Origin: Terriglobia bacterium
GTDB lineage: Bacteria > Acidobacteriota > Terriglobia > JAJPHL01 > JAPKYU01
DNA: 64,000 nt
Assembly: GCA_965223005.1 (NCBI GenBank)
Contig: CBDCVK010000005.1
Coordinates: 96,001-160,000, forward strand
Reading direction: 5' to 3'
Part shown: piece after piece, positions 19,344-28,320 of the stretch
How the letters are laid out: every line of letters begins with the position of its first letter
Numbering within the stretch: position 1 is the stretch's first letter
Position numbers and translations under genes: made by a program
The notes under the pieces: generated by a model
What the model was told of the DNA's origin: nothing
The model's database searches: none
What the model saw: only the letters and a program-made list of their open reading frames with translations

Positions 19344-20344
19344 GGAGCTTCCCCGCGCGCGACGCGGCGAGCCTCTTCGATCTCCTCCCAGGTAAAGTAC
19401 CCCTTCTTGACGAAGTGTTCGTAAACGGCTTGCGTTTTCTCGCGGAACTGCTGGAGCGCCTCGACGGTGACGTAGTTGACCTCGAGCTTGTCGGAGAGCC
19501 GCTTGATGTAATCAGCCTCACTCTCGCGGTTCAGCCGATCGCTGTATCGGATCGCTTCGACCGCGACTTGGTCGAAGAGAACTTGCAGCTCCTCAGGCAG
19601 AGCTTCATACCAATCGAGATTGACGATCAAGGGGTCGGGGCCGGTGCTGTAGTTGGTGACGGACATGTACTTTTGGACCTCGTAGATCTTCGTGTCCCAG
19701 ATGTTCGAGAGCGCGTTGTCTTGGCCGTCAATGACCCCGGTCTTGATCGCCTGATAGACCTCGATGAAGGGGATCTCCTGCGGATTCGCGCCGAAGGCTT
19801 GCGCGGTGACGATGTAGACCTCCAGCGGTGGGATGCGCAGCTTGAGGCCTACGAAATCGCTGGGCGACCGAATCGGCCGAACGCTCGTCGTGTGAGCGCG
19901 AAAGCCCTGGGAGATGCCGCAGGCCGGAATGTGGAAGCCGTTAGCACGCGCTTCGCGGTTGATGCGGGCGGTGAAGTCGCTGTAGATCAGCCGAAGCGCC
20001 TGGTCCCAGTCCTCGACCAAGAACGGCAGCAGGAAGAGATTGTACTTGGGGTTGGCGTCGGGGAACAGACCGCCGCGAGTGCCTTGCAAGATGCCGGTGG
20101 CGACCATGTCCATCATCTCCCGGTCGTTGCCTAGGACGCCGGAAAAATAGTCTTCGACCTCGATCTTGCCGTCCGTTCTGCGTTCCAGTTCGCGCTCGAA
20201 GAACACCATTGACTCGCTGCGCGGATGCTGTGCCGGTTGAGCGTGGGCGTAGCGGAAACGGTACGTAGAGTCACGGCCGGAGCATGCTCCGAGGGTGACC
20301 GCGAGAAACACAAAGACGATGGCGCGATTACGGATCAAAAACAC
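19340..20344 (-). CDS. dctP: TRAP substrate-binding lipoprotein
   Basis: Lipobox LGAC; GLKLRIP, EVYQAIKTGVIDGQDN. Confidence 0.92.
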   Translation of the reverse strand: MFLIRNRAIVFVFLAVTLGACSGRDSTYRFRYAHAQPAQHPRSESMVFFERELERRTDGKIEVEDYFSGVLGNDREMMDMVATGILQGTRGGLFPDANPKYNLFLLPFLVEDWDQALRLIYSDFTARINREARANGFHIPACGISQGFRAHTTSVRPIRSPSDFVGLKLRIPPLEVYIVTAQAFGANPQEIPFIEVYQAIKTGVIDGQDNALSNIWDTKIYEVQKYMSVTNYSTGPDPLIVNLDWYEALPEELQVLFDQVAVEAIRYSDRLNRESEADYIKRLSDKLEVNYVTVEALQQFREKTQAVYEHFVKKGYFTWEEIEEARRVARGEAP

Positions 20345-20431
20345 CTTCCATGCCCGCAGAGCCTTGGTCTAGTCTATTCTAAAAGCTTATCCGTGCGGGC
20401 TCCGCCCGGTCAGGAGAGCAAGGATAGCCAA

Positions 20432-21322
20432 GTGAAGACTGTTGGAGTCGTCGGCCTGGGAGACATGGGCCTAGCCATGGCAAAGAACGTCTTGGCGGCC
20501 GGATTTCCGCTGGTCGGCTTCGACCTGCGCGAAGAGCGACTCGCCGCTGTTGAGGCCGCCGGCGGGCGGCGCGCGGCGAACTGTGCGGAGCTAGCAAAGG
20601 CCAGTGACGCAATGTTCGTCATGGTGCTCAACGGCGCCCAGGTGCGCGATGTGGTGATCGGGAATGACGGCTTGCTGGCCGGCCTCTCGCCGTGGAAGAC
20701 CGTCATCGTCTCGGCGACCATCATGCCGGCCGAAGTGCGGGCGCTCGAAGCGCCCGTGGCCGAAAAGGGCGCCTGTCTGATCGACGCGCCTGTAAGCGGC
20801 GGAAAGTCGGGAGCCGAGGGTGGCTCCTTGACGCTGATGACCGCCGCCAAGGCTGACGTCCTGGAAGCGAACCGCGACGTGCTTGAGGCCATTTCGAAAG
20901 TGGTTTTCCACGTTGGCGAAGAGATCGGGCAAGGCCAGACCGTCAAGGCCGCGCTGCAAGCATTCATCGGCGCGACGTTCGCGGCCATCTTCGAGTCACT
21001 CGTCCTCGGGCACAAGGCCGGCGTCAAGGGCGAGATGCTGTTCAACGTATTCCGTTCGAGCGCCGTCGGCAGCCCGCTGTTCGAGAACTGCGCGCGTCTC
21101 ATCATGGATCGCAGGTTCAAGGGGACGGGTAGCCATATCGGAACGATGTATAAGGATCTCGGCATTACGATGAGTCTCGCGCGCGAGACCGGCGCAGCTA
21201 TGTTCACCACCAGCGCCGCCTACGAGCTGTTCCAGGCGGGAATCTCGAGGTTTCCCGACGAGGACAATTGGTCGGTCGTAAAATTGCTCGAGGAGATTGC
21301 CGGCACGAAAGTGACTTGGTAG
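20432..21322 (+). CDS. 3-hydroxyisobutyrate/L-threonate dehydrogenase family NAD(P)-dependent oxidoreductase
   Basis: GVVGLGDMGLAMA, DAPVSGG, GQGQTVK, KDLG; GTG start at 20432. Confidence 0.88.
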   Translation: MKTVGVVGLGDMGLAMAKNVLAAGFPLVGFDLREERLAAVEAAGGRRAANCAELAKASDAMFVMVLNGAQVRDVVIGNDGLLAGLSPWKTVIVSATIMPAEVRALEAPVAEKGACLIDAPVSGGKSGAEGGSLTLMTAAKADVLEANRDVLEAISKVVFHVGEEIGQGQTVKAALQAFIGATFAAIFESLVLGHKAGVKGEMLFNVFRSSAVGSPLFENCARLIMDRRFKGTGSHIGTMYKDLGITMSLARETGAAMFTTSAAYELFQAGISRFPDEDNWSVVKLLEEIAGTKVTW

Positions 21323-21335
21323 AGAGGGTCGATGG

Positions 21336-22202
21336 ATGGGGAAGCTAGGAGTTATCACCGACGGCATCAGCCGCGAATTCGAACACGCACTCGAAGTCAT
21401 GAAGGAGTTCGGGCTGAGGTACGCCGAACTGCAGTTTCTCTGGGACAAGGAGGTTGGGGATCTCGACGACGCACAAATGGCGCGGGCGCAAAGCCTGATC
21501 GAACAGTACGAGATGGAGATCTGCTGCATATCTCGCCACAACTTCGCGGGGATGCTCGTGGGACAAACCGAGGTCGGCGACGAAGCCCACTCCCGTCACA
21601 TGGCGGCGCTCGGGCGTTGTATCGAAATGGCGAACGCGTTGAGCTGTGGCTTGGTTCGGATCATGAGCTTTCGCAAGGAGATGATCCTGTTCGGTTCCGG
21701 CGGCGCCGAGGTCTGGAACGTCAGCAACGGAGCCTGGGACAAGCTGAAGAGGTTGCTGGCGCCGGCCATCCGGCTCGCCGAGGACGCTGGAATCACTCTT
21801 GTCGTCGAGACGGGCAACAACGCGATGATCACCTCAGGCTACCTCGGCCGCAAGCTGGTCGACGAGATGGGCAGCAACCATTTGAAAATTCTCTGGGACC
21901 CGGGCAACAGTCTCTACTGCGCCGAGTCGGCCTATCCGGACGGATACGAAGCGCTGCGGGGGGGCTACTTCGGCCATTTGCACATCAAGGACTGTCGGGT
22001 GGACATTCCCAGGGCGACGGTCGAGCAATGCCGCTTCGGTGGGGGTCAGATGGCGCCGTACTTTGAAAACCTCGCGGCCGCTCTCGAGCGCGACGGCTAC
22101 GAGGGGGTGGTGTCGTTTGAGAGCGTTTATCGACCCGAAGGTAGAACGTTTGAGGATGGGTTCCGAGCGTCTTTTGAAAGGTTCAGCAGGATTTTCGGAT
22201 AG
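21336..22202 (+). CDS. Sugar phosphate isomerase/epimerase (xylose isomerase-like TIM barrel)
   Basis: LVVE, WDPGN, HLHIKD, SFE metal ligands. Confidence 0.85.
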   Translation: MGKLGVITDGISREFEHALEVMKEFGLRYAELQFLWDKEVGDLDDAQMARAQSLIEQYEMEICCISRHNFAGMLVGQTEVGDEAHSRHMAALGRCIEMANALSCGLVRIMSFRKEMILFGSGGAEVWNVSNGAWDKLKRLLAPAIRLAEDAGITLVVETGNNAMITSGYLGRKLVDEMGSNHLKILWDPGNSLYCAESAYPDGYEALRGGYFGHLHIKDCRVDIPRATVEQCRFGGGQMAPYFENLAAALERDGYEGVVSFESVYRPEGRTFEDGFRASFERFSRIFG

Positions 22203-22212
22203 GAGGAATGGC

Positions 22213-23505
22213 ATGAGGAGGGTTCTCTCACGTTTCGGTTTGCTGGCAGTCTGTGCGTGGGCCGTCATTCTCCCGGCCCAGCAACTGAAGGAGCTTAACA
22301 GGGACATCAACTACGACGAGAGCAAGATTGTCCCCTACGACCTTCCGGCCCTGCTGATTTCGGCGGAAGGCAAGGCGATCAAGACGGCGGAAGAGTGGAG
22401 GCACGTGAGGCGTCCGCAGATCCTGTCTCTATTCTCGAATCTCGTTTATGGGCGCGTGCCTGTGCCTGCCGACCCGATCAAGACCGACTTCACGATCGAG
22501 GCCGTGGACCGGAACTTCATGGGCGGCAAGGCCGTTCGCAAACGGGTGTTGATTCGCTTTCGGAACCGACACGGCGAGTCGCGCATGACGGTTCTGGTCT
22601 TTGTACCGACGCAGAAGAAAAAGCCCGCCCCCGCCTTCATGATTCTGAACTTCATTAATCACGAACACGAATTGCTCGAGGTCGATCCGAGCAATCCGAC
22701 GATGCTCAGAATCGGTTTGCCTCTCGGGGAGATTTTGGACCGCGGGTACGCCTTCGTGTCGGTCTATCATGCGGACCTTGTCGCGAACAACGAAGTCGAC
22801 TTCCAACGCGGCCTCTATTGGAGGTTCTTCCACCCCGAGGAAACAGGCCCCCCCAAGGAGGCCATCCATCGGTTGTTCTACAAGGAAGGGCAGAGTTTCC
22901 CCAATGCGGGCGAGTGGGGCGTGCTAGCCGCCTGCGGATGGGGAGCGATGCGCGCACTGGACTACCTCGAGACTGATGACGAGGTCGATCACACCCGGAC
23001 GTTGCTGATGGGCCATTCCAAGCTGGGCAAGGCGGCGCTGTGGGCCGCCGCGCAGGACGAGCGTTTCGCCCTGGCCATCTCCGTTCAATCCGGGTGCGCC
23101 GGAGCAGCGCTCTGGCGCCGGAGAATCGGCGAGACGCTCCAGAAGATGAGCAGCCGCTTCCCATATTGGCTCTGCGAGAACGCACGGAAGTTCGTCAATC
23201 GCGAAGACGATTTGCCCGTCGACCAACACATGTTGCTGGCGTTGATGGCTCCGCGGCCGGTTTACGTCGCAAGCGCGGTGGAGGATGGTTGGGCCGACCC
23301 GCGAGGAGAGTATTTGTCCGCGTACCACGCGAGCGAGGTATATCGGCTCTTAGGAAAGAGGGGCCTGGAGTCGGAAGCGTCTCCCCAGCCCGAGCAACCG
23401 ATCATCGAGAGTGAGGTCGGATACCACATTCGCCGCGGCGGTCATACGATCAAGCTCTACGACTGGCGCCGCTTTCTGGATTTCGCGGATCATCATCTGA
23501 GATAG
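22213..23505 (+). CDS. Secreted CE15-like (glucuronoyl esterase family) alpha/beta hydrolase
   Basis: Signal peptide; NYDESK, WGAMRALDYL, GHSKLGK, SGCAGAAL, LPVDQHMLLALMAPRP, WADPRGE, GGH. Confidence 0.85.
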   Translation: MRRVLSRFGLLAVCAWAVILPAQQLKELNRDINYDESKIVPYDLPALLISAEGKAIKTAEEWRHVRRPQILSLFSNLVYGRVPVPADPIKTDFTIEAVDRNFMGGKAVRKRVLIRFRNRHGESRMTVLVFVPTQKKKPAPAFMILNFINHEHELLEVDPSNPTMLRIGLPLGEILDRGYAFVSVYHADLVANNEVDFQRGLYWRFFHPEETGPPKEAIHRLFYKEGQSFPNAGEWGVLAACGWGAMRALDYLETDDEVDHTRTLLMGHSKLGKAALWAAAQDERFALAISVQSGCAGAALWRRRIGETLQKMSSRFPYWLCENARKFVNREDDLPVDQHMLLALMAPRPVYVASAVEDGWADPRGEYLSAYHASEVYRLLGKRGLESEASPQPEQPIIESEVGYHIRRGGHTIKLYDWRRFLDFADHHLR

Positions 23506-23514
23506 ACTGGCGAA

Positions 23515-23674
23515 ACGGCCCACATCCCGCCTGAAGCTTCCAGCCGAAGGGCTGGACTTCGTTCACGACCCCATCCCGGTCCAGGCGGACGTGGTCGCGC
23601 ATCTCGTCCTGTTTGGAGAAATCCACAATGGCCATGTGCCTCTCGGGTTTGAGCGCCCTGCGGAGGCTGTCCAT
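23515..23674 (-). pseudogene. C-terminal remnant of a class I SAM methyltransferase
   Basis: LRRALKPERHMAIVDF...H.RL....VVNEV..FGWKL with no N-terminus; abuts the HNH gene. Confidence 0.55.
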
Positions 23675-23700
23675 TCACTTGTCGTCTAGTTTTATTTGTT

Positions 23701-23964
23701 TCAAAGGTGGGAGTCGGAACAAGCCGCATTTGCCCTTCGCAGATGGACAGCTTGGTGGCAACTGGTGCAGAGAGTGATCAGATTTTGCTCAGCATCATCT
23801 CCTAGCCTGCTTCGTGACTGAATGTGGTGCACCTGGAGTTCAGCAATTCGTCCGCAGTACTGGCAGCGCCAACCGTCGCGCTCTAACACGTGCCGGCAAA
23901 GGCGGCGGTAAGATTCCGAGTTAAGCCGGAACCGGGGACGCCTGGGAAACGCTGGAGTCATCAA
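23701..23964 (-). CDS. HNH endonuclease
   Basis: VLERDGWRCQYCG...VHHI...G....NLITLCTSCH. Confidence 0.92.
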   Translation of the reverse strand: MMTPAFPRRPRFRLNSESYRRLCRHVLERDGWRCQYCGRIAELQVHHIQSRSRLGDDAEQNLITLCTSCHQAVHLRRANAACSDSHL

Positions 23965-25478
23965 GCTACTCTTGCCTGCTCCAGAAACTTTTCCCTCTGG
24001 GGAAGCGGCAAGAACTCAAACAGGTGACACAGAGAGAAAAGCAGAGCGTTCGGGTTGCCCTTCTCTAGGTTGGCGCCTGACAGAAAGTCGGCGCAGATCA
24101 TCTCCAAGCAGTAACCACGGGATTTGTTTGTCCCGAGCATCAGGGCAGCTGTCTCCAGGGCCTGCTCCACTACCGGCAGCTGGCTCTTGTACAGCTTGAA
24201 GTAGATCAGTTCCCAAGGCTCGGTTTCCTTTCCGTTCAGATGGCGCTCAACCTCCCGTTTGAATTCTTCTTTTGGCAGGGAGTGCGCTTTGTGCAACCAG
24301 GTTGCACAATCGAACCCCTGCCTCTCCGAGCGGGCCACCTTGACCAACTCTGCCGCCTTGCTCCAGCCCACCTGCTTCAACTCCCGCTTCACCGTTTTTG
24401 GCAGGTGCTCGTGGATCGCCATCAGGTAATAGGCCTTGCGCCTGGATTCGGGGAAGCGCTTCTCTAGGAACTCGTCGAAGCAGCTGAGTTTGTCGAGCCG
24501 CCAGTACTGGCCGGTGCGGACCTCGCACAGGTAGCGACCCAAATCGACAAAGCGGCTGTCCCGCTCGCGCTCCATGCTCTGCTCCCAGGCTAGGATCACG
24601 TCGATCTTGGCCAACACGAACAGCGCCCGGCGGCGGTTCAGCTTCGGTGGCTCTAGCGACTGTCCGTTAGCCCTCAAGTTGGTCAAGCCATGCAAGGTCG
24701 CTGGCCTCCGGTCTGCGGTGGAGCCGGGCCTGAACCAGCTCCGGGCGGTCCGGTGGAGGCCACCAAGCCCCAGGTAGGAGCAGCTGAGGCAGCCGTTCTG
24801 GGGGAAGCGGATGCCGCTGTGAGGTAGGAAGTGGGCAGTCTCGATCTGGCCGATGCTCTGTTGGACCAACTGCGAGAACTCCTGGCGTTGCTCTTCGCGG
24901 ATCGAAGTCCGCAGGTACTGGATTTCGGGCAGGCGTTTACGAACGAACACTATCAGGGCGACTTCAGCCATACCGCTGACCCAGGAGTAGCAGACCAGCT
25001 GTGGGTCAAGTGCCAGCAGGCCCTCGGGTTCCTCCGGGTAGCGGCTGCTGGTGGTTTTCCACTCGATCAAGCAGCGTGTGCTGTCCAGATACCCGAGGGC
25101 ATCGATATAGGCAACGAAGTCGTTCCCATTCGTAAGTTGCCGCCCTAGCTTGGCCTGCAGGTTGCGGCGAGGCTGGCGAATGCGGATGCGGTCATCCTGA
25201 GCGAACCGTTCCAGCAGCTGCACGCCCTGCCGGACCATTCGGTCCCAGCTATCGCCACTGGCGTATTCCAGAGGGGTTTCGCGATAGGCTTCCCACTCTT
25301 CGAATAGGACTGCAACGCTGTCCTCGCGGCGGAAATAAGCCGCCAGGGCCTTCTCAAATACCCGCCCGAACAGCATGCTGGCCCGGGTCTCCTTCTCCCG
25401 CCAGCCGTCCAGATAGCGGTGGCGGTAGCGACGAGGGCAGCCCAGGTAATGGCTGATCTGGGTGTAGCTATAGGTCAT
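23961..25478 (-). CDS. PD-(D/E)XK (Cas4/RecB-like) nuclease fused by frameshift to a DUF3102-like helical protein
   Basis: SYTQISHYLGCPRRY, IDALG...IEWKT, QLVCY, CLSC; an alternative frame carries an apparent natural C-terminus ending at TAA 24667-24669; second half begins PPKLNRRRALF. Confidence 0.8.
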   Translation of the reverse strand: MTYSYTQISHYLGCPRRYRHRYLDGWREKETRASMLFGRVFEKALAAYFRREDSVAVLFEEWEAYRETPLEYASGDSWDRMVRQGVQLLERFAQDDRIRIRQPRRNLQAKLGRQLTNGNDFVAYIDALGYLDSTRCLIEWKTTSSRYPEEPEGLLALDPQLVCYSWVSGMAEVALIVFVRKRLPEIQYLRTSIREEQRQEFSQLVQQSIGQIETAHFLPHSGIRFPQNGCLSCSYLGLGGLHRTARSWFRPGSTADRRPATLHGLTNLRANGQSLEPPKLNRRRALFVLAKIDVILAWEQSMERERDSRFVDLGRYLCEVRTGQYWRLDKLSCFDEFLEKRFPESRRKAYYLMAIHEHLPKTVKRELKQVGWSKAAELVKVARSERQGFDCATWLHKAHSLPKEEFKREVERHLNGKETEPWELIYFKLYKSQLPVVEQALETAALMLGTNKSRGYCLEMICADFLSGANLEKGNPNALLFSLCHLFEFLPLPQREKFLEQARVA

Positions 25479-25911
25479 CGCTCTTATCCACGTCCTCACT
25501 GCTACCCACGGTGACAGCAGAAAGTTCCACCCACTCTTCCGCCGGGGCAAATCCATCCAGGTTGAGGTAGGAACGACCATTCACGTTAGCGTGTGAGACC
25601 TTGACTACGCCCCGAAGGCCCATGAGAGCTTTCTCGTCGACCACGTCCTGGCCCAACAGTTCAGCGTCGTAGCCAAAGTCCTTCAGAAACCAGTTCAGCT
25701 TCCACAGGGCCTTGGCGGTACAGTAGAGCCGCCCGGACAGCGTCCTTCCGGCAAGCTCCTCGGGCTCGAGAATAGTCAAGCGAAGAGCAAAGAAGGGCTT
25801 CTGTGGATGGTAGCGGTAGAACACTCGCCCGATCTCGACCAGGAAAATCCCGTCCGGGATGTGATCTCCGTTCCGTGCCTCCTGGTGCAGGCCTGGGATG
25901 TGACGTTTCAT
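25468..25911 (-). CDS. DUF669-like phage single-stranded DNA-binding (OB-fold) protein
   Basis: IPDGIFLVEI, LRLTILEPEELAGRTL, WKLNWFLKDFG, acidic C-terminal tail. Confidence 0.6.
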   Translation of the reverse strand: MKRHIPGLHQEARNGDHIPDGIFLVEIGRVFYRYHPQKPFFALRLTILEPEELAGRTLSGRLYCTAKALWKLNWFLKDFGYDAELLGQDVVDEKALMGLRGVVKVSHANVNGRSYLNLDGFAPAEEWVELSAVTVGSSEDVDKSDDL

Positions 25912-26684
25912 GACTTAGCCTCCTGGGGCCGGGCGTAGCTGTTGAGTTGGCAGAGCAACCCGGCTCGGTCCTTGGTAGCCCGTTCAGCGAGGTTGTTAAT
26001 GAAAGCCTCGACCTGCTCCGGGGTGGCGGCGCGGAGATTCTCGGTTCCGCAAAAGTCAGCGGCGTAGAGTTTGACCAGGGTGGGGTCGAGTCGGTGCTGG
26101 CGGATCAACTGGCACAGCCGGTCGCGCAGCCGTGGGCGGCCATTCCTAGACACCGTTTGCGCTGCTGCCACAGGAGTTTTCGTGGACACACGGCCGGGCT
26201 CGATCTGAGAGGAGGAGGATCCGAGTTCCTCCACCGAGCACAGGCCGATGCCATAGGCCTTTCGTAGAGCCCGGTTGACGGCCCGGGTCTCGGCCATTCG
26301 CATCTCAGCCCCGCGGACAAGGTCAGAAACGTTGGAGGGATCGGCATCCCCGTAGCCGACGAACCCCCGGGAGCCAGGAGATTTATAGACCGTGGCCTTG
26401 AACACCCACCGGCTGGCGGCTGGGTCGCAGAACTCGCGCACCGGCTGGACTCGGATGCCCGAGCAACGATTGCGGTCGGCCAAGCGCAGGAGGCCAGCAT
26501 GGGTGACATACCAACGACCATCCAGAAAATGAACTTCACCCACTGCCACTGAAAATAGATACCGGGTGGTAAGTCTTTCTAGCCCTTCGCCCTGAACTTT
26601 GCCGATTCGGCCAGGCCAAAGCTGCCTGGCCAGCCGCAGATTCTTCCTAAACTGCGCTTGGCTTTGGGAACTCCTTGATCTCAT
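25908..26684 (-). CDS. Putative single-strand annealing protein (RecT/Red-beta/Rad52-like)
   Basis: YVTHAGLLRLA and RMAETRAVNRALRKAYGIG; sits upstream of SSB-like and exonuclease-like genes. Confidence 0.6.
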   Translation of the reverse strand: MRSRSSQSQAQFRKNLRLARQLWPGRIGKVQGEGLERLTTRYLFSVAVGEVHFLDGRWYVTHAGLLRLADRNRCSGIRVQPVREFCDPAASRWVFKATVYKSPGSRGFVGYGDADPSNVSDLVRGAEMRMAETRAVNRALRKAYGIGLCSVEELGSSSSQIEPGRVSTKTPVAAAQTVSRNGRPRLRDRLCQLIRQHRLDPTLVKLYAADFCGTENLRAATPEQVEAFINNLAERATKDRAGLLCQLNSYARPQEAKS

Positions 26685-26691
26685 ATGCATT

Positions 26692-26740
26692 TCTATTACT
26701 ATCTATTACAATAGCATACATTTCCCATCTGGCTTGTCAA
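26692..26740 (-). promoter_or_regulatory. Sigma70-type promoter of the recombination operon with a tandem operator
   Basis: Minus strand TTGACA (26740-26735)-16 bp-TATGCT (26718-26713); TCTATTAC repeated at 26692 and 26702. Confidence 0.65.
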
Positions 26741-26786
26741 GAGATTTATTGGCAGGATGAAGAGTTCCTCTTACAATCATCAACCG

Positions 26787-26987
26787 ATGAAGAAAGATGC
26801 TCTCCTGGCGTTTCGAATTCCGGCTGGTCTGAAGAAAGGTTTGCAGGACGTGGCGAAGCGCGAAGCGCGAAGCATCTCGCAAGTATGCGAGATGTTACTG
26901 ACTCTTGGGGTAGAGGCCTACGAAAACGAGGGTCCCAAATACGTCCAGCGCTTCCTCACCCAACGGCGACCGAGGTCGACGGACTAG
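26787..26987 (+). CDS. Ribbon-helix-helix (Arc/CopG-like) regulator
   Basis: LLAFRIPAGLKKGLQDVAKREARSISQVCEMLL; divergent from the operon. Confidence 0.75.
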   Translation: MKKDALLAFRIPAGLKKGLQDVAKREARSISQVCEMLLTLGVEAYENEGPKYVQRFLTQRRPRSTD

Positions 26988-27074
26988 TAGAGAAATAGCA
27001 GATCAGGGAACCTGCCGGCTCGCAGAGTCTAGCCAGACCGGCGAAATCGACCGCGCCCACCATTCGTTGTTGCC

Positions 27075-27103
27075 TTGACTCTCACCATCACAGGATGTAG
27101 TAT
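27075..27103 (+). promoter_or_regulatory. Sigma70-type promoter
   Basis: TTGACT-17 bp-TAGTAT upstream of site copy 1 and the 27257 gene. Confidence 0.6.
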
Positions 27104-27170
27104 AGCGAAACAAAGGCGAAGTAGAGAGAGAGAGGCGATTGTCCTCCCGTGCAACCGGAATGCATAGCGG

Positions 27171-27223
27171 AAAACTACAAAACGAACTCTTCGCCGTTCG
27201 CAGGTAACTGTCTGATTGTAATA
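27171..27223 (+). repeat. Bipartite repeated site, copy 1
   Basis: AAAACTACAAAACGAACTC-ttcgccgttc-GCAGGTAACTGTCTGATTGTAATA. Confidence 0.9.
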
Positions 27224-27256
27224 GGAATACTTGGCTTTGGAAAGGTTGAATGAGCA

Positions 27257-28210
27257 ATGTCAAACACAGGCCCCAAGGACGCAGAAACCCCACATACAGA
27301 AGCTACCGCTGGGGGAACGGGACGGAAGAAAGCTGGCACGCTGGCTCTCACAGTCCATGGAGCGACCGGCCCAAGGACTAAGCGGGGGAAACGGAAGTCG
27401 CGCTCTAACGCAGTCAGGCACGGTATCTTCGCCGTAGGGTTTCTCCGTGGGCGGGAGTCACGTGCTGAATACAACGCCCTCGTCAATGACTTGGCCGATT
27501 CGTTGCAGCCTGTCGGAAAGATCGAGGAGATCCTGGTCGAAAAACTGGCAATGACACTGTGGCGCCATCGGCGTGTGTTGCAGGCCGAGGCGGCAGAGAT
27601 CGCCAGAGAAACCTACACCATCGAGGATGAGGAATTGAACGGTGGAGCGATCAGCAGGAAAACGCCGGTCGGGAACCTCGGCTTGATTAAGGGGGCCATG
27701 GCCACCCATGACGAAGTCAGTCTTGCGGCAGCCGCTCTTCTCCTTGAAAAGCTCCGGGACCAAATTCGGGAGAAGGGACTTGACTGGGAGCGCGACCGAA
27801 ACACGCTGAAATCTGTGTACGGCACGCAATCAGCACGTGAGGGGCTCGATGAGGATCCCCTCGGCGAATTGGCGGATAAGTACCGCGAGATTGCTCTATC
27901 GGGAAAAGCGCAGGGTGCAGCGGCCGAATGCAAGGGGGAATTTACTGAGTTGATTGTCGGCTTGGTCGAGGAGGAGATCCAGCGGCTGGAGCAACTCTTC
28001 GATGAATGGAACAGCCGCGCTATGGAGCGCCTCAAATTGCAAAAAACTACCGTCTTGGTCCCACAGCAGCAAGTGGCGGATCGCCTGCTGCGCTACGAAG
28101 GAGCTCTGGATCGGGCTTTCGACCGCACGCTCGCCCAACTGGAGCGGCTGCAGCGCCTGCGGTCGGGACAACCAACTCCACCGCCACTCAACATCAATGT
28201 ATCTCGATAG
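27257..28210 (+). CDS. Uncharacterised protein with a TGPRTxxGKxxSxxNAxxHG motif, flanked by site copies 1 and 2
   Basis: TGPRTKRGKRKSRSNAVRHG, P.G..E..LV..LA...WR..R, RLLRYE..L.R...R.L..LERLQ. Confidence 0.8.
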   Translation: MSNTGPKDAETPHTEATAGGTGRKKAGTLALTVHGATGPRTKRGKRKSRSNAVRHGIFAVGFLRGRESRAEYNALVNDLADSLQPVGKIEEILVEKLAMTLWRHRRVLQAEAAEIARETYTIEDEELNGGAISRKTPVGNLGLIKGAMATHDEVSLAAAALLLEKLRDQIREKGLDWERDRNTLKSVYGTQSAREGLDEDPLGELADKYREIALSGKAQGAAAECKGEFTELIVGLVEEEIQRLEQLFDEWNSRAMERLKLQKTTVLVPQQQVADRLLRYEGALDRAFDRTLAQLERLQRLRSGQPTPPPLNINVSR

Positions 28211-28266
28211 GGTAGAGGATTCCCCTGTATGGTTCCACTAGCGCTTTCGGAGACATGGCTAAGGGC

Positions 28267-28320
28267 AAAACTACAAAACGAACTCCTCCGCAGATAGCAC
28301 GTAACTATTTGATTTTAATA
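28267..28320 (+). repeat. Bipartite repeated site, copy 2
   Basis: AAAACTACAAAACGAACTC-ctccgcagata-GCACGTAACTATTTGATTTTAATA. Confidence 0.9.

Larger units (their letters stand above)
23676..28320. mobile_element. Integrase-less phage/plasmid-like recombination module (boundaries approximate)
   Basis: Coupled operon annealase-SSB-nuclease-DUF3102-like-HNH with a divergent RHH gene; truncated methyltransferase at the left end; repeated site at the right end. Confidence 0.6.

Noticed and set aside
23676-23700. Possible inverted fourth copy of the repeated site (AAAACTAGACGAC on the minus strand) at the module's left end
   Set aside because: Only ~7 contiguous bases match and the right arm is absent, so it cannot be told from chance.
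23961-25478. Cas4 of a CRISPR-Cas system
   Set aside because: No cas1/cas2 or array; the context is a phage-like recombination operon.
23701-28210. Intact prophage
   Set aside because: No integrase, terminase, capsid, tail or lysis genes in the window.
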